From Paramecium tetraurelia (taxonomy: Eukaryota), in the NCBI GenBank assembly GCA_000165425.1, contig CT868662.1:186001-250000 (forward strand): a DNA stretch of 64,000 bases. The letters are read 5' to 3'. The position numbers and the translations under genes were made by a program. Under the pieces are notes generated by a model. The model saw only the letters and a program-made list of their open reading frames with translations. It was not told where the DNA came from and made no database searches. Below, piece by piece: positions 11,727 through 24,917 of this stretch. Within the stretch, counting starts at the first letter, position 1. Each line of letters begins with the position of its first letter.

Positions 11727-14700
11727 ATGTCTCAACCAGAAAATAAGTAACCGAAACCATTGAAGGAAGTCTTGGGATTGAAATATGTCTTTGGTTTTAG
11801 AGGTGACATCAAAAACTCAATCCTGTAAGGGACCCAGACAAATGTGTAGGAGAAATCAACTAAAACTAAATTCATATACCCAGCAGCAAATAATATAGTG
11901 ATTTTTGATCCCATAGCCGATAAGAATAAGTCTTAGGAAATCATATAGACAGTATTAGGTAGCAAAGGTGTTACTTGCTTAACTATTTCCCCATCCAGAA
12001 GGTAGATTCAAAATTGTATTTAGGTATATCGCATGGTCGGAAGAGAGCGATGCTGGAATTATAGTAATATTAGACTTAAACACTCGAAAAACTAAAATAT
12101 TGAGTACTACAGATTGCAAATCCCGTTATTACGTGAGTCTCGATTTTTCAAGGACAGAAGAATCCAAATATTTAGTAGCTTTAAGTGCTCCTCCAGAACA
12201 AATGTTGATTCATTGGGCCTGGGATAAATCAAAGTGTCTAGGAAGCACCATAATAAATGCTAAAGGGGATTCGATTAAATTCCATCAAGTTTTTTATCAT
12301 CCAAAAGAAGATGACTTTGTATGCGTTATGGGTAATGGAGCTATCAAACCTTATAAATTGATACCAGACAACCCTCCAAAACCAAAAGATTCTCCTTTCT
12401 AAAAGAAGAAGGAAGTAAGCATCTAACATTATTTTATAAGGAAACCCATTCTACTAATTTCCTCTCGTATTGTATCTTGAGTGATTCTAAGACTATGGTA
12501 GTAGGAACAGATAGAGGTGAGGTCCTATATTTTAATGAGAATTGCGAATTCAAACTAGTACTTTCACCACTTTAAAATTCTAATTAACAATCCATCGAAG
12601 GATTCCCAATAGAATGCATAGTCAAATATTCAAATGGGTTTATTGTTGGTGGAAGTGATTGCATGATCTACATTTATAGAAAACATGAAGGTGATCTTAA
12701 AAATCCCTATGTTCGAATTGATAAAAGAATATAAAACAAATAAATAATGGCCAAAATTACAAGTTTATGCCTTACAAATCAAGAGGGATAATCTAATCTT
12801 TGGAGTTGAATCTGGTTAAGTGTTCAGCATTCCTTTTAGTGCAGATAGAGAAGTAGCAAATGAAGATGAAATAAAATTTGATCATTTGATAGCACCATTC
12901 CACCAGTGGACCAATTACAGGCTTGGATGTTTGTACTAGAAAGTCATTAGTAGTCACTGTCTCAGATGATCGAAGTATTAGGATATGGAATTTCAATGAA
13001 TTGATATTGGAAGTGATGAAAGAATGTGAGGATACACCTTTGGCTGTAGCTATTCATCCTTCTGGATTTCATTTGATTGTTTCCTTTTCTGACAAAATTG
13101 TACTTTACAATCTATTTGAAAAAGATTTAAATTCATTTAAAGAAATTCATATCAAGAATTGTCAATAAATTAAATTTGCTCATGGAGGTCATTTATTTGC
13201 AGTCGCCAATCAGAACTTAGTTTAAATCTATCAATTCTACACAGGTGAAAATCCATAGAATTACATATTCAAATAATCCACAGGAAACATCTCCACTATT
13301 GAATGGGATATTGATGATTTAGGATTCTATACAGGAAGTGACAATGGCTTTGTACTCTATTGGAGATTGGAAGATAATTAAAATAAATTATAGTTGGCTA
13401 TGATTCAATCTCAACCTATTGAATGCATTTGTACTCCTAAAACATATGCCAATATTGAACTTTAAAAAGTGTATATAGCAGGTCCATATGACGGATAATA
13501 CTGTATCTATGAATCTCAGCATCATACCAAGATTCACAAGGAAGCAACTGAGGGCACAAAGAAGGAAATTCCTCTCTATCCCATTTAAACTGGATGTAGA
13601 GTAAGCAAAATGGCAATCTTTAATAGTGAAAAGATCATGTTATTTGCTACTTGTCAATTGGCTAACTCATCTGAATTCACTCAAAAGTAAAACATTAAAA
13701 ACATGAAATTTGAACCAGGGGGTCTCAGATTTGCCAAATATCCTCTTGCACCAGAGGAAATCATAGAAATATAACCACATATTAAAGGAATTACATAGAT
13801 GAAGGTATCCTATGATGATTCCTATGTCTTTACTGCTTCGTATGATAATTCCTTGATTATTTATGATGTTAAAGATTAGAGTTCCAAAATAGAGTTCAAA
13901 GATGGAGGATAGGCTTATGGCGTTTAGGCTTATGCTGACGAATTCTTGATGCAAAGAGATTAATATAAGAAGAAGATTGCGAAGATTGAGGATCTAAAAT
14001 AAAAGATTAAAGAACATGATATCAATTAAAAGATTAAGTAGAATATGTACACAAAAGAGAAGGATGAATTGATTAGAAAATTGGAAGAATAAATTGATTA
14101 ATTGGAAAAAAGAGAAAAAGCCAAAATACAAGAATTAGAGAACACTATCAATAAATTGGATAGTGATTTCAAAGAAGAAAAGAAATAATTATACGAAAAC
14201 CATGAAAAGAATAAAAAAACTACTGAAAATGATTTTAAATAGAAAATGGCATTGGAATCTTAAAGATTAGAGGAATTAACCAAAGAGAAATAATTGAAAC
14301 TTTAGGAATTCCAGAGATATATCAAGGAATAAAAGGATAAGAGTACAGAAACTAAAAATGAGAAGAAAAGAGAATATGAAAAGTAATTAAAAAAAGAATA
14401 AGAATTGTATGAATAATTATAAAGGGATAAGGAAGAGAATCAAAGAAGATTCATTGAGGAGAGAAATAAGCTAGAAGATGATGCAGAGAAAGAAATAGAT
14501 AAGAAGAAGGAGATTAATGAGGCTGAAATGAAGAAACTATCAGATGAATTAGATAAAGCTGAATTGGAAAAGAGAACGAAAAAGACTGAATTTGACAATG
14601 TGTAATCTACTTTAGAATAGGCTAATTCCAAAGTTAAGGAAATTATGGAAGATATTGCATAAAATCAAGAATTAAATAGATAATATCAAAAGGAGAAGGA

Positions 14701-15578
14701 GAGCCATGATAAAGAAATAAAAGAGAGAGATAAAACAATATAAGATAAATAGAAGCGTATTTATGAATTAAAGAAAAAAACATAAGAACTAGAAAAGTTT
14801 AAATTTGTCTTGGATTATAAAATAAAAGAATTGAAGAGAGATATTGGACCAAGAGAGGAGGAAATTACAAAAATGAAAGAATAAATTACTAATATGAATA
14901 CAGAAATCTTGCATTTCAAAAAAGTTAATGCAAATCTTGGTTTGATTGTAACTGATTTAAACTTGAGATAAGCAGGAATGAAACAAGAAATCGAAAATCA
15001 ATAGCAAGTTATAGAAAGCAATTCTTAATATATCAAAGCATTTGAATATGATATTTCAGAAACTCATGCACATATAAGTGTAATTAATTATTATAATTAT
15101 TTAGGATTTTAAGAGACTAAAGTCTGATATGCTGAAGTTGTTTAATAAATATGTTTAGAGTGTAGTTTCAAAGAAGAAATTTGAAAATGTAGATGTCTAA
15201 AAGGAGTTTATTAAGGAGAGAGCCCATTTAGAAACAACGAATAAAGGATTGAAGGAGAAGTTTTCCAAGAAATTGAGAGTTCACAAATAGGATAACAATA
15301 GAATTATGAGTTAAAATGTAGATCTGATTAGTGAGATTAATGATTTGAGGAGGGAGATTAAATTGTTGTAAGACGAAGAAGATTTGAAGCGTCGTTAAAT
15401 TGAGTAGATGAATGATCAACCCGAGGAGAGGGAACTTGATTAAATGATTGAAGAATAAGAAATAGAAATTAATTAATTTAGAGAGAAATTGCAATTCCTT
15501 AAAGAGGCAGTTCAATAGAGGAGATTATAATAAAATATCGGTTCTGATAGTGATCATTAGGAATTTTAATAAGAATGA
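11727..15578 (+). CDS. CFAP57: Cilia- and flagella-associated protein 57 (WDR65)
   Basis: N-terminal WD40 repeats ([36 protein letters not shown]) followed by a long coiled coil containing [28 protein letters not shown]. At least three tiny introns. Confidence 0.9.
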
Positions 15579-15647
15579 AGAATTATATTTAGATATAAAA
15601 TTGTAATTAATTTACAAGCTAATAATTTTTTACATAAATTAATATTA

Positions 15648-17975
15648 ATGATTCTTAAGAGAGGTCTGAATTTCTCACGTCTCATAAAAGAAGCTACAAA
15701 ATTAATACATGGAAAACAGTATGTCGATCATTTTTGGTATTTGAAATCAAAGTATGCTATTTTTATCACAATAGTCCAGAGTCACTCCAACCTCTTATAG
15801 ATAATGAAACATAAATAAAAAACACATTTTACGAGCAACCTTAAATAAAAGAAATATTTAATGATTATTATTAAGTATCTTATGGCAGAAAAGATGGACG
15901 GACTCATGATATCCCTGAATTATATGACGAATATGAATATAATGGAAGATTTGCGTATTTTGATACAGGCAATGATTATTAGATAATTGAAAGATCTCTA
16001 AAAGGAGGCGAGAAAGAAGTTGTTTTAGATTTAAAAAAAATATCATTTTTGAAATAATATCATGCAACAATGAAGTTAACAAAGTTAAAGATTTCTGATG
16101 ATCATAAATTAATAGCATTTGGAGTTGATTTGTTAAATAATGAGGATATAATTTGGTTAATGAAGTACATAGACGATGACAAAGCGTTTAGAACAAAGTT
16201 GTTTGATTGTTTTGATGCAGCTTTTACTAAGGATAATACGCATTTAGTATATACCTAATATGATGATAAATTCAGACCATATAGATTGATGTTACATAAG
16301 TTGGGAACAACTCAGGAGGAAGATGAGTTGTTATTTGAAGAGAAGGATGAACAATTTTATTTAGATTTACAACAAACTAAAGATGGAAAATATTTTGTTT
16401 TGTTAAGTTAGACAAAGTAAAGCAACGAAGTGATTTTGATAGATCGTGAGGATCCTAAGAAATAGTAACTCTTGTTTTCGAGAAAGGAAAATGCAATAAA
16501 CTTAGTTCATCATCATGAAGAACATGGGTTATACATTTTGACTAATAAGAATTCTTATGATTATAAAGTATTAAAACAAGAAGGGGATAAGTTTGTAGAT
16601 TTCTATTGTCCTTAATAAGGAGAAGTATTGCAAGAGGTAGACCTATTTCATAAGCATTTGGTGTTATACTTCACTAAGGAAAGTGAAAGCTTTATTAAGG
16701 TAATTTCTTTGCAAGATAAGGAAATTTATAATTTGTTTATTCCGCCTTCCTTGGTCTATACAAATCATCAATAGAACAAAAAGAATTTATTGAGAAGCAT
16801 TTACGATAGAGTAATAAAGAAAGATAAATCTCAATATTTCTTGAATTAGAAAGTTTAAAATGAAGTATTAGGAGCCACAATAGAACCTGGAGTGAATCAT
16901 AATTACAAAAGTGATGCCTTCTAGTTTCATCTTAGCACACCATTGGTGTATGATTAAGTTTACTAATACGATTTATCCAAAAGATAACTATCTAAGCTTT
17001 AAGATGCTAACCTAACAGGTAAGCCATTCAAAAGAGAAGAGTTTACTTGCACTAGGTATTATGCCCCCAGTAAAGATGGCACTGAAATTCCAATCACTTT
17101 AGTGCATCACAAAGATTTGTAAAAGAACAGACAAAACAAATTGCTTTTGCATTCTTATGGCGCTTATGGTGTTCCATAGGAAATACCTTTCAATATTGTT
17201 TACCTAAATGCATTAGAAAAGGGATGGACATTAGCATACGCACATATTAGAGGAGGCAATGAAAGGGGACAAGATTGGCATAGATAAGCCATTTAGGAAA
17301 ATAAATTAAAAAGCATAGAAGATCTACTTGGATGTGCTTCGTATTTGATAGCCGAAGGATATACTCATCCCTCATTATTATGTGGATTAGGAGCATCTGC
17401 TGGAGCAACTACTTTGGGAGCAGCTATCAATATGAGACCAGATCTTTGGAAATGTGCCATATTGCTCTCACCTTTTTTGGATGTCCTAGGGTCCTTATTG
17501 GATGAAAGTCTACCCTTAACAAAATCTGATTATTTGGAATTTGGTAATCCAAACGATAAAAAAATCTTTGATACTATCCTGAGTTACTCTCCTTATGAAA
17601 ATCTAAAAAAATAAGTTTATCCTGCAATTTATATCAGTGCTGGTACTGGAGATTTCAGAGCTCCTTTATGGAATGTATTGAAATACACAGAAAAGTTGAA
17701 ATAGATAGCTGTTTAATCCAAAAAGGTTGAAACCATTGGAGATCATCCTCTTATTATTGACATTAGTGAAGGTGGACATTATGGAGGGGCTGGAGTAATT
17801 ATTTACACACTATATATAGGCATAATCAGTAATTGAGGAGCGAACCAGATATATGACATTTCTGGATTATTATGTTGGCATTGGTAATAAGGAAATAACA
17901 AAGAAGAGTCTTACTTAAGATATTGACGAGTCTATATAATTAGCAGATGAGGAGGACAAGATTTAGAAATAGTGA
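15648..17975 (+). CDS. Oligopeptidase B / prolyl oligopeptidase family S9A
   Basis: SKDGTEIPITL, YGAYG and HIRGGNERG motifs, with an intact triad: Ser in GASAGA, Asp in GDFRAP and His in GGHYG. Two tiny introns. Confidence 0.9.
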
Positions 17976-18008
17976 AACATGTTTTATATATATATTATAA
18001 TAATTAAG

Positions 18009-20253
18009 ATGAAAGTTTCATTATAAGATTTCGGTTTTCATTAACCAAATGCACCAGAAATCAATACGCCGAGATCCCTTGAGGCTTGTCGAAGGGAAGG
18101 AATTTAACCTAATGAAATTGTCAAGATTCCATTTGAAGAGTTTCAAAAGAGATATAAAATGAAAAACTTAGATCATAAGGGAGTAGAACAATTTTACAAG
18201 CATTACGAAGAAAGAAGAGAAAAGAAATTTGAAGAACTTATCAAATAGAGACATATTGTGCTTGAAGATGAAAAAACTGGTACTCTACTTTATATTTATC
18301 TGAAGGGACATGGGGTTCTGATGGGTTGTCTAAGAGTAAAGTGATATCAAAATATGGTTAATAAGAAACGTCCTCATTGGTTGAGAAGGAAAAGCAATAA
18401 TTAGAGAAAATTAAAAAGAAGTAGTAGAAAGAAATTGAGGGAATGCTTGAATATGAATTGAAAATGCAAGAAATACGCTTAGAGAATGAAAAGAAGCAAG
18501 CTGATGAAATTGCCAAATAATAATAAAGGGATCTTGAGTTATAAAAGAAGAGAGCCGAGTAGGAAGAATAAAGAAGGCAAAAGGAGTTAGAGAAATAATA
18601 AAAAAGAGAGTAGGAGGAAGAGTTACAAAGGTAAAAATTAAAGGAAATGGAAGTGAAGGAAAAAGAACGATTGAAATTAGAAGAACTGAAATAAAAAGAA
18701 AGAGAAGAGGAGGCAAAGAAAAAAGATGAAGAACGAAAGGCTATTTAAGAAAAATTAAGAAAATAAAATGAGGAGAATTAAAAAATCTAATAAGAATTGT
18801 TAGAAAAAAGAAAATAGGATATGGAACTCAAAGCAGAATAAAGAAGAAAGGCGTTAGAAGAATAAAAATAAAAAAAAAAATAAGAAGCAGAATAAATCAG
18901 ATTATAAAATGAAGAAAGAATCTAATAAGCCAAGCAAAGAAATGAAACTGAACTCTAAAAATTAAAAGATGTATATTTTAATAAATGATATCTATAGGAC
19001 TTTGATAGAAAAATAAAATTAAGTGAAATCAAATAAAAACAATATGAAGAAGAAAAATAAAAGAAGTATGAACAGTAAAGAAAAGAGGCAGAAAAACATT
19101 CTGAATTATTTTAAAAGGTTATTGAATAAAATAATCTTATGGAATAAGAAAAGAAGAATCAATATTTAAAGAAAATACAAGAAGCAGAAGAAAGAAGAAA
19201 ATATATTGAGGAAGAATTAGAAAAAGAAAAAGAATTGAAAAGATAACAAGAAAAAGAAAAAGAATAATAAAGAAAATAAGTTCTTTTATAAAATGAAGAA
19301 AATAACAAATAAAAAATAGGGGATTTAGTTAAGAAGATAAATGAAAAAGAGGAGATACTAAACAAAATTTAAGAGGAAAGGAATGAATAACTTCAAGATA
19401 GAAAAACTATGGATATATTGAAAAGGTTTGATAAAAGAGAGAATGTAGAAAGAATTATGAGAAAATAGGAGTATGATAAATAAAAATTATAAGAAAAAAT
19501 TGTTGAAAAAATGTAAAGAGCAGACAAGTTATCAGAAGATCTTGATTAATTGTTGTCTTAAAGACATAATTTAAGAAGAGAAATTGAAAAATAAAAAAGG
19601 GAAGTTATGATGAAATTTGAAAAAGTTAGAGAAGGCAAGCTTCCTCCAACTGAAATTTAAAAATAATTAGGTATGACTGAAACAGATGCAAAACTTACTA
19701 ATTAAACTAATCCCTATCGTACTTTTTCATCCACTAGACCTAAAACTAATTAAGCTAAAGAAAGACCTGATAAATTACAATCTGTTAGACCAGCTAAGAT
19801 ATAATCTGCTAAGCCTGAACCAATCAAAGTAAAAGACAAAGTCGATCTTAAAACAACATAGCCTATTTTTGAGTAGTTGGGTAATTTAATATATCAAATT
19901 TAGCCAATAAAACTACGCCTAAATTCCATAAGAAAATGGATGCAAAGAAGAAATCTGAACCCAGTAGACCAGAACCCCCTAGTCCTTAAATTCTCATATT
20001 CCTAAATAAAATGGTTTAAAAACATAATTAAGATATGATGAGGTTATTAATGGAAGAACATGCAAATGAAAATTTAAGAGATGAAAAGTTAAATTAAGTT
20101 AAAGGTGAAGAGAAGGCCAAGCTTGAAAAAGAATATGCTTTGGAAAGAGTTAAAGCTTAACTCAAAATTGAAAAGTTAAAATAAACATAGGATTCAGAGC
20201 AAAATTAATACAAACTCACCCATAACATTTTTGAAATTGATATTATTAGATGA
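18009..20253 (+). CDS. Long E/K/Q-rich coiled-coil protein (N-terminal TPRSLEAC motif, CCDC177-like)
   Basis: INTPRSLEACRREGIQP followed by extended heptad/charged helices, with several tiny introns and TGA at 20251. Confidence 0.75.
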
Positions 20254-21004
20254 AATAACTTGTTTATGATTATATTCAAATTTGATATTATTTTGCTATC
20301 TTATTTAGAATCATCATATATATTTTTGCGACATTGATTATATTTATAGTATTTATTTTAGCTTGCCCATAATGTTAGATTGGAATTCAAACCAAAGCTA
20401 TAGCATAGATTGAAAATTTATTATCAGAAAATATTTCTCCATCTCATCTACATTTTTCATCAATAAACTGCGATTTCATATCGACAGGATGACATATTTT
20501 GTGGTTTAACATTGTCTTCTCTTAATTCTGGATTATTTTCAGAACTTAAGAGAAATTTTTCAATTATTTTCATATGAAGCTAAAAGTTCCTTTAAGTATA
20601 TTAGAATATTATGAGAATATTTTTTTATATTTTAATATAATTAATATAAATGTATTCATATAATTATAATTAATTAAATAATAATAAATATATATGATAA
20701 TAAGGAGCATTTACCTTGTAAAAAATACGAACTATTTTTTTTTATAATTTTTATTTTCACCATGAAAATTTTTAAAGTTAATTATAAATTATGGTTATTA
20801 TAGTCATCCACCAATAAGAGTCAAATAATTATAGCAAAAAAAAGCAAAATATGATTTTTAATTTTTTTTCATTTAATTAAATTTATAGCTAATTTGATTA
20901 TTTAATAGGAAGTATTAATTTATCTAAAAATTAAAAAAAAAGAATTTGATGAATTAATCTGACTACTTATTGAATTAATATAAGTTTATTAAAAACAAAT
21001 AATA

Positions 21005-24000
21005 TCAAATCATATTTGGTTATTCAAAGATTAAAAACTTAAAGTCATCAATGTCTGATGATTTTTTTTAATCATTTGCTATGACTTTCCTTATCATCTT
21101 CTTTTTCTTCTAATGCAATAAATTAATTTTTTCTTCAATTGTATTTGCACACAGAAATCTAATTACATTAACTTATTTCTTCTATCCGATTCTATCAGCT
21201 CTCCCGATGGCTTGATCTTCAATGGCAGGCTAAAGATAAAAATAGATGAATACATTCCACCATGGATCAACCAAGAAAACATGATTGGCCATTGTTAAAT
21301 TTAATCCAGTGGACGTGGCCCTCAAAGATAATATTAAAGCTGTAAAGGCAGGATGCTATTCGAATGATTGAATAACTTTATTTCTTTGTTCTACAGACAT
21401 AGCTCCTGTAACTACTTAACACCATATCTCTTCTTCTTGAAACTTTTCTTCAAGTAATCTAATCATATCTATCCATTAGGTGAAGATTAGACACTTTTCT
21501 CTTTTGAGTTGTACCTTTTTTGTTTCATTAACAACAGCAAGCATTTTACTACTAGGTCCCCACTTTGTTTCTTTGATTTCTTAAACTTCTGTAGAATTAC
21601 TCTAAACACTCATAATGTCTTTCAAGGATAATCTTTTAGAACAGGTTGGACATTCCCCAATGGTTTCAATAACTTCTTTAAAACAACTAAAATGTATAAA
21701 TAAATGATACTTATGACAATAGACATGCCCACATATAGAGATATCAAATGTAGTGATTCCATCTTCAGAACAGAGTGTGCAATCATTTAAATTTCCTCTT
21801 TATATTAGATCTATCAATTGTTATCGTTATTTCTCTGAAATTTCTTAATCGCTTGATTTTTATTTGGCAAAAAAGTTTTCGATGCAATATTTAATTTCAT
21901 CAATAGAATTTGTATCTAAATTAATCCCTTTTAAGGCTATTGAGGGATGATCACAAGTCATTCTTAATTTATTTATAATTTGAAAGATATGGACAAATTA
22001 TCTGCTTTTTTCAGAATTTAAATAAACTTTGAACAATTATTAAGTTCCCTCGAAAAATTTATCGTAAAGTGCTCTTTCCTTGTTTTCTAGTTTAACCCAA
22101 CAGATGGATTCATTTATTTATAATAAATTTTGATTGTTTAACTATTATTTGGTTCTTCTTAGAATGATTGGTTTGATTATCTCTCCCAAGATGCATTGTT
22201 GTTCCTCCTCGTTTTCTTCTTTGTTGATATACGCATTCCACCAATAACTATTATGATAAATAAATATAATACTATTCACCAAAGGTTTCCACTCTCAAAA
22301 ACGATAACAGACTAAACAAATCGTCATGTTTGTTTTAAATGGGAGTACCAGTCAAACACCATCTGCATTCACTCTTCAAAGCCATAGCACTTCTTGTTTA
22401 TAGAGTGCTCTTAGTTTTTATGTTATGAGCTTCATCTAGGATGACTCTATAATATGTAAAGTCAAATATATTGGTGACCTTTCCTTGAGGGTTTTTCTTT
22501 GTTTTTGTTCCACATTCGTAATCATTTTAACTTATTTCTATAGGCTCTCCAAAGTATTAAGATTTTTCAGATTTCGATTATTTTAAGTCAAAAATAGATT
22601 TGAATTCTTCACTCTAATCGTTGTTCTAACAGAAATCTTGAGAATCTAATTCAATTTCAAAACTATCATTTAAGATTTAAGTGTCATTACTAATTTTTGA
22701 TTCTTTTAGATCTTTTGGATCCTTAGTTTCTTTATTGTCTTTAGAGTCATTATCAGGTTTCGTCCTTACTCTTTATTATATTTCATTATCTTCTAATCCA
22801 TTGTCTTTAAGCCAATTAGAATAATTCTATGCTACAACTGTATAAGTAGTCAAAATAACATCATAATTAGAGAAAACAACCTTCTTATTTCTATTCGAAA
22901 TCTTATAGAATACCAAAACCTAAAGACTATTAGGTAAAGAGTGTTTTTTGATTTCAGCTTCCCATTATAATAAAACAGATTTAGGAACAATGATTAATGT
23001 AACTCTTCCTTTTTTTTAGGTTTGCAAAATCAAAGCCAAAGTCATGATAGTTTTACCTAATCCCATTTCATCTGCAAGAATTCCTCCCTTGGTTAAATTA
23101 TAAGATTAAAATTCATCGGTGATTTTTCCAGTAAAGGTATTCATATATAATTTTTTACCATTCTCTAAAAGAACCTCCTCCCATAACGGAGACAATTACC
23201 ATTAACTGTTATCTTTGGCATCTTAATTTTTTGGATTAGATATTATGCCTTCTCTCCATAACATCCAAGTTAAGGCTTATTTCTAATGTTGTTTCAATTC
23301 GCAAACCATAGTTTTAGGTTTAGGGTGTTCATACAATTCTTAATCTTTACTATTTAAAAATGAATTAATTTCATTTTCATTGATTTCTTCAGACAATTTT
23401 AATTTCCCTGTACAAAAATCTATCATCTTTTAGACTTGTTCTCTTCTATTGACGTCCAACTACTTTAATTATTGCTAATATTTTTGACAATCACATAAAT
23501 TCCCTGAAGAAATCTATAATTCAAAGTATTCTTTGTCTTTCTTATGAGTGATCCCTCCCACAATGACCTGGATGAATGGGTTTTAAACTTCTTTGTATAA
23601 TGATGAATTTTCAGCATTAAGTGATGGGAATGTCTTGACACTCAATTATTCAATATTATCCACTTTGTATCTCAATTCATTAAGCTTATCAATACTCGGT
23701 TGATGAGTATGAAATCCCTGACAAAGTGATTGGTAAGTGCAACTCAATTTGAGAAACAACAACTCAAAACAATACTTCTAATAATTCTATTGTTTTGGTT
23801 CAGGGACATGTTTAGTCGATGTAGATATAAACTTCTGTATTTCTAGCAATAGGGTATTCATGTATTTTTTAAAGTATACATTCTAGTAAATAGGTACATC
23901 CTATTGGACTGGAGCAAATTAGGACTCTTCATTAGTGTAATATTTATTTTTTGATAAAAACAAGCAGGAACTTTTAAAGTCTTTCAGAGAATATAATTTA

Positions 24001-24764
24001 TTAGAAAAAGCTGAATTTTACAATGAATTCCTATAGTATTCATTATTTGTAATGATGACTCTTGCAAAATCCTTGAAAGTTAAATCAAGTCTAAGAGGTT
24101 ATCCCATTTGAAGGGAATGAAATTTCTCCAATTAAGTAAAAAATATCTTAACGTACTTGTCTGATTTGATCATTGCTGGTATTGTTCTTTAGAGATTTAG
24201 CAAATCGAATAGGAGCAGAAGTGATAAACGAGCAAAGTATTGTAAGTCTACATTGAGATCCTCTTCTGATTCGGCATATGAAAATCTTTCCCTGCTCACG
24301 AAGCCGTCTTAGAATGCCTTTTGATTGAATTTGGATAGATCAAATTAATCAGTTAAAGCATTCTATTTCAAATATACGTCTAGTCTGATTTATCTTAAAT
24401 TGTCTGGGTATTTGAAATTCACATGTCTTGCAATTACCTTAACATAATCTACTGTTAATAAAAACCACCAGATTTCATCATAGCAATGAGAAATTCTTCC
24501 ATTGATTTATAATGGTTTGTAATGAACCTGTTTTCCAATCTTTTTTTATTTCAGAACCAAAGTTGATTATCTGAAATGCTTGGTCTTAGTTACAATGTAT
24601 GTTGATATATTTTCATTTTTTAATGAGCCAATAGGAGTGCTAAAGTCAATCAATTGAGGACATAGAAATGCTTTGTCATTTGGATCCAATTCAATATAGG
24701 AATTAGGTTCATAATAGTATGGTGCCAGTAAACTTCCTAAATAATACTTGGATTCTTTCTTCAT
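21005..24764 (-). CDS. RAD5/HLTF-like SNF2 helicase with C3HC4 RING finger
   Basis: [35 protein letters not shown], a RING (CTLC..CGHVYC..C..CPTC) between the ATPase lobes, and [21 protein letters not shown]. The start codon is uncertain. Confidence 0.9.
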
Positions 24765-24917
24765 CTGTTAATAAAAATTTAAGGAGGGTAAGATGAATTG
24801 TTTAGTATAAACATCATTATCCTGTTATTTTTTTTCTGTTTTACACACAAATAAAATATCAACTATAATAGTAAGCTTTAAAATAAGTAATTTATATTAA
24901 AATAATATTAATATTAA

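Noticed and set aside
18400..19620. Strongly purine-skewed GAA/AAA/TAA low-complexity tract
   Set aside because: It is explained by E/K/Q-rich coiled-coil coding sequence.
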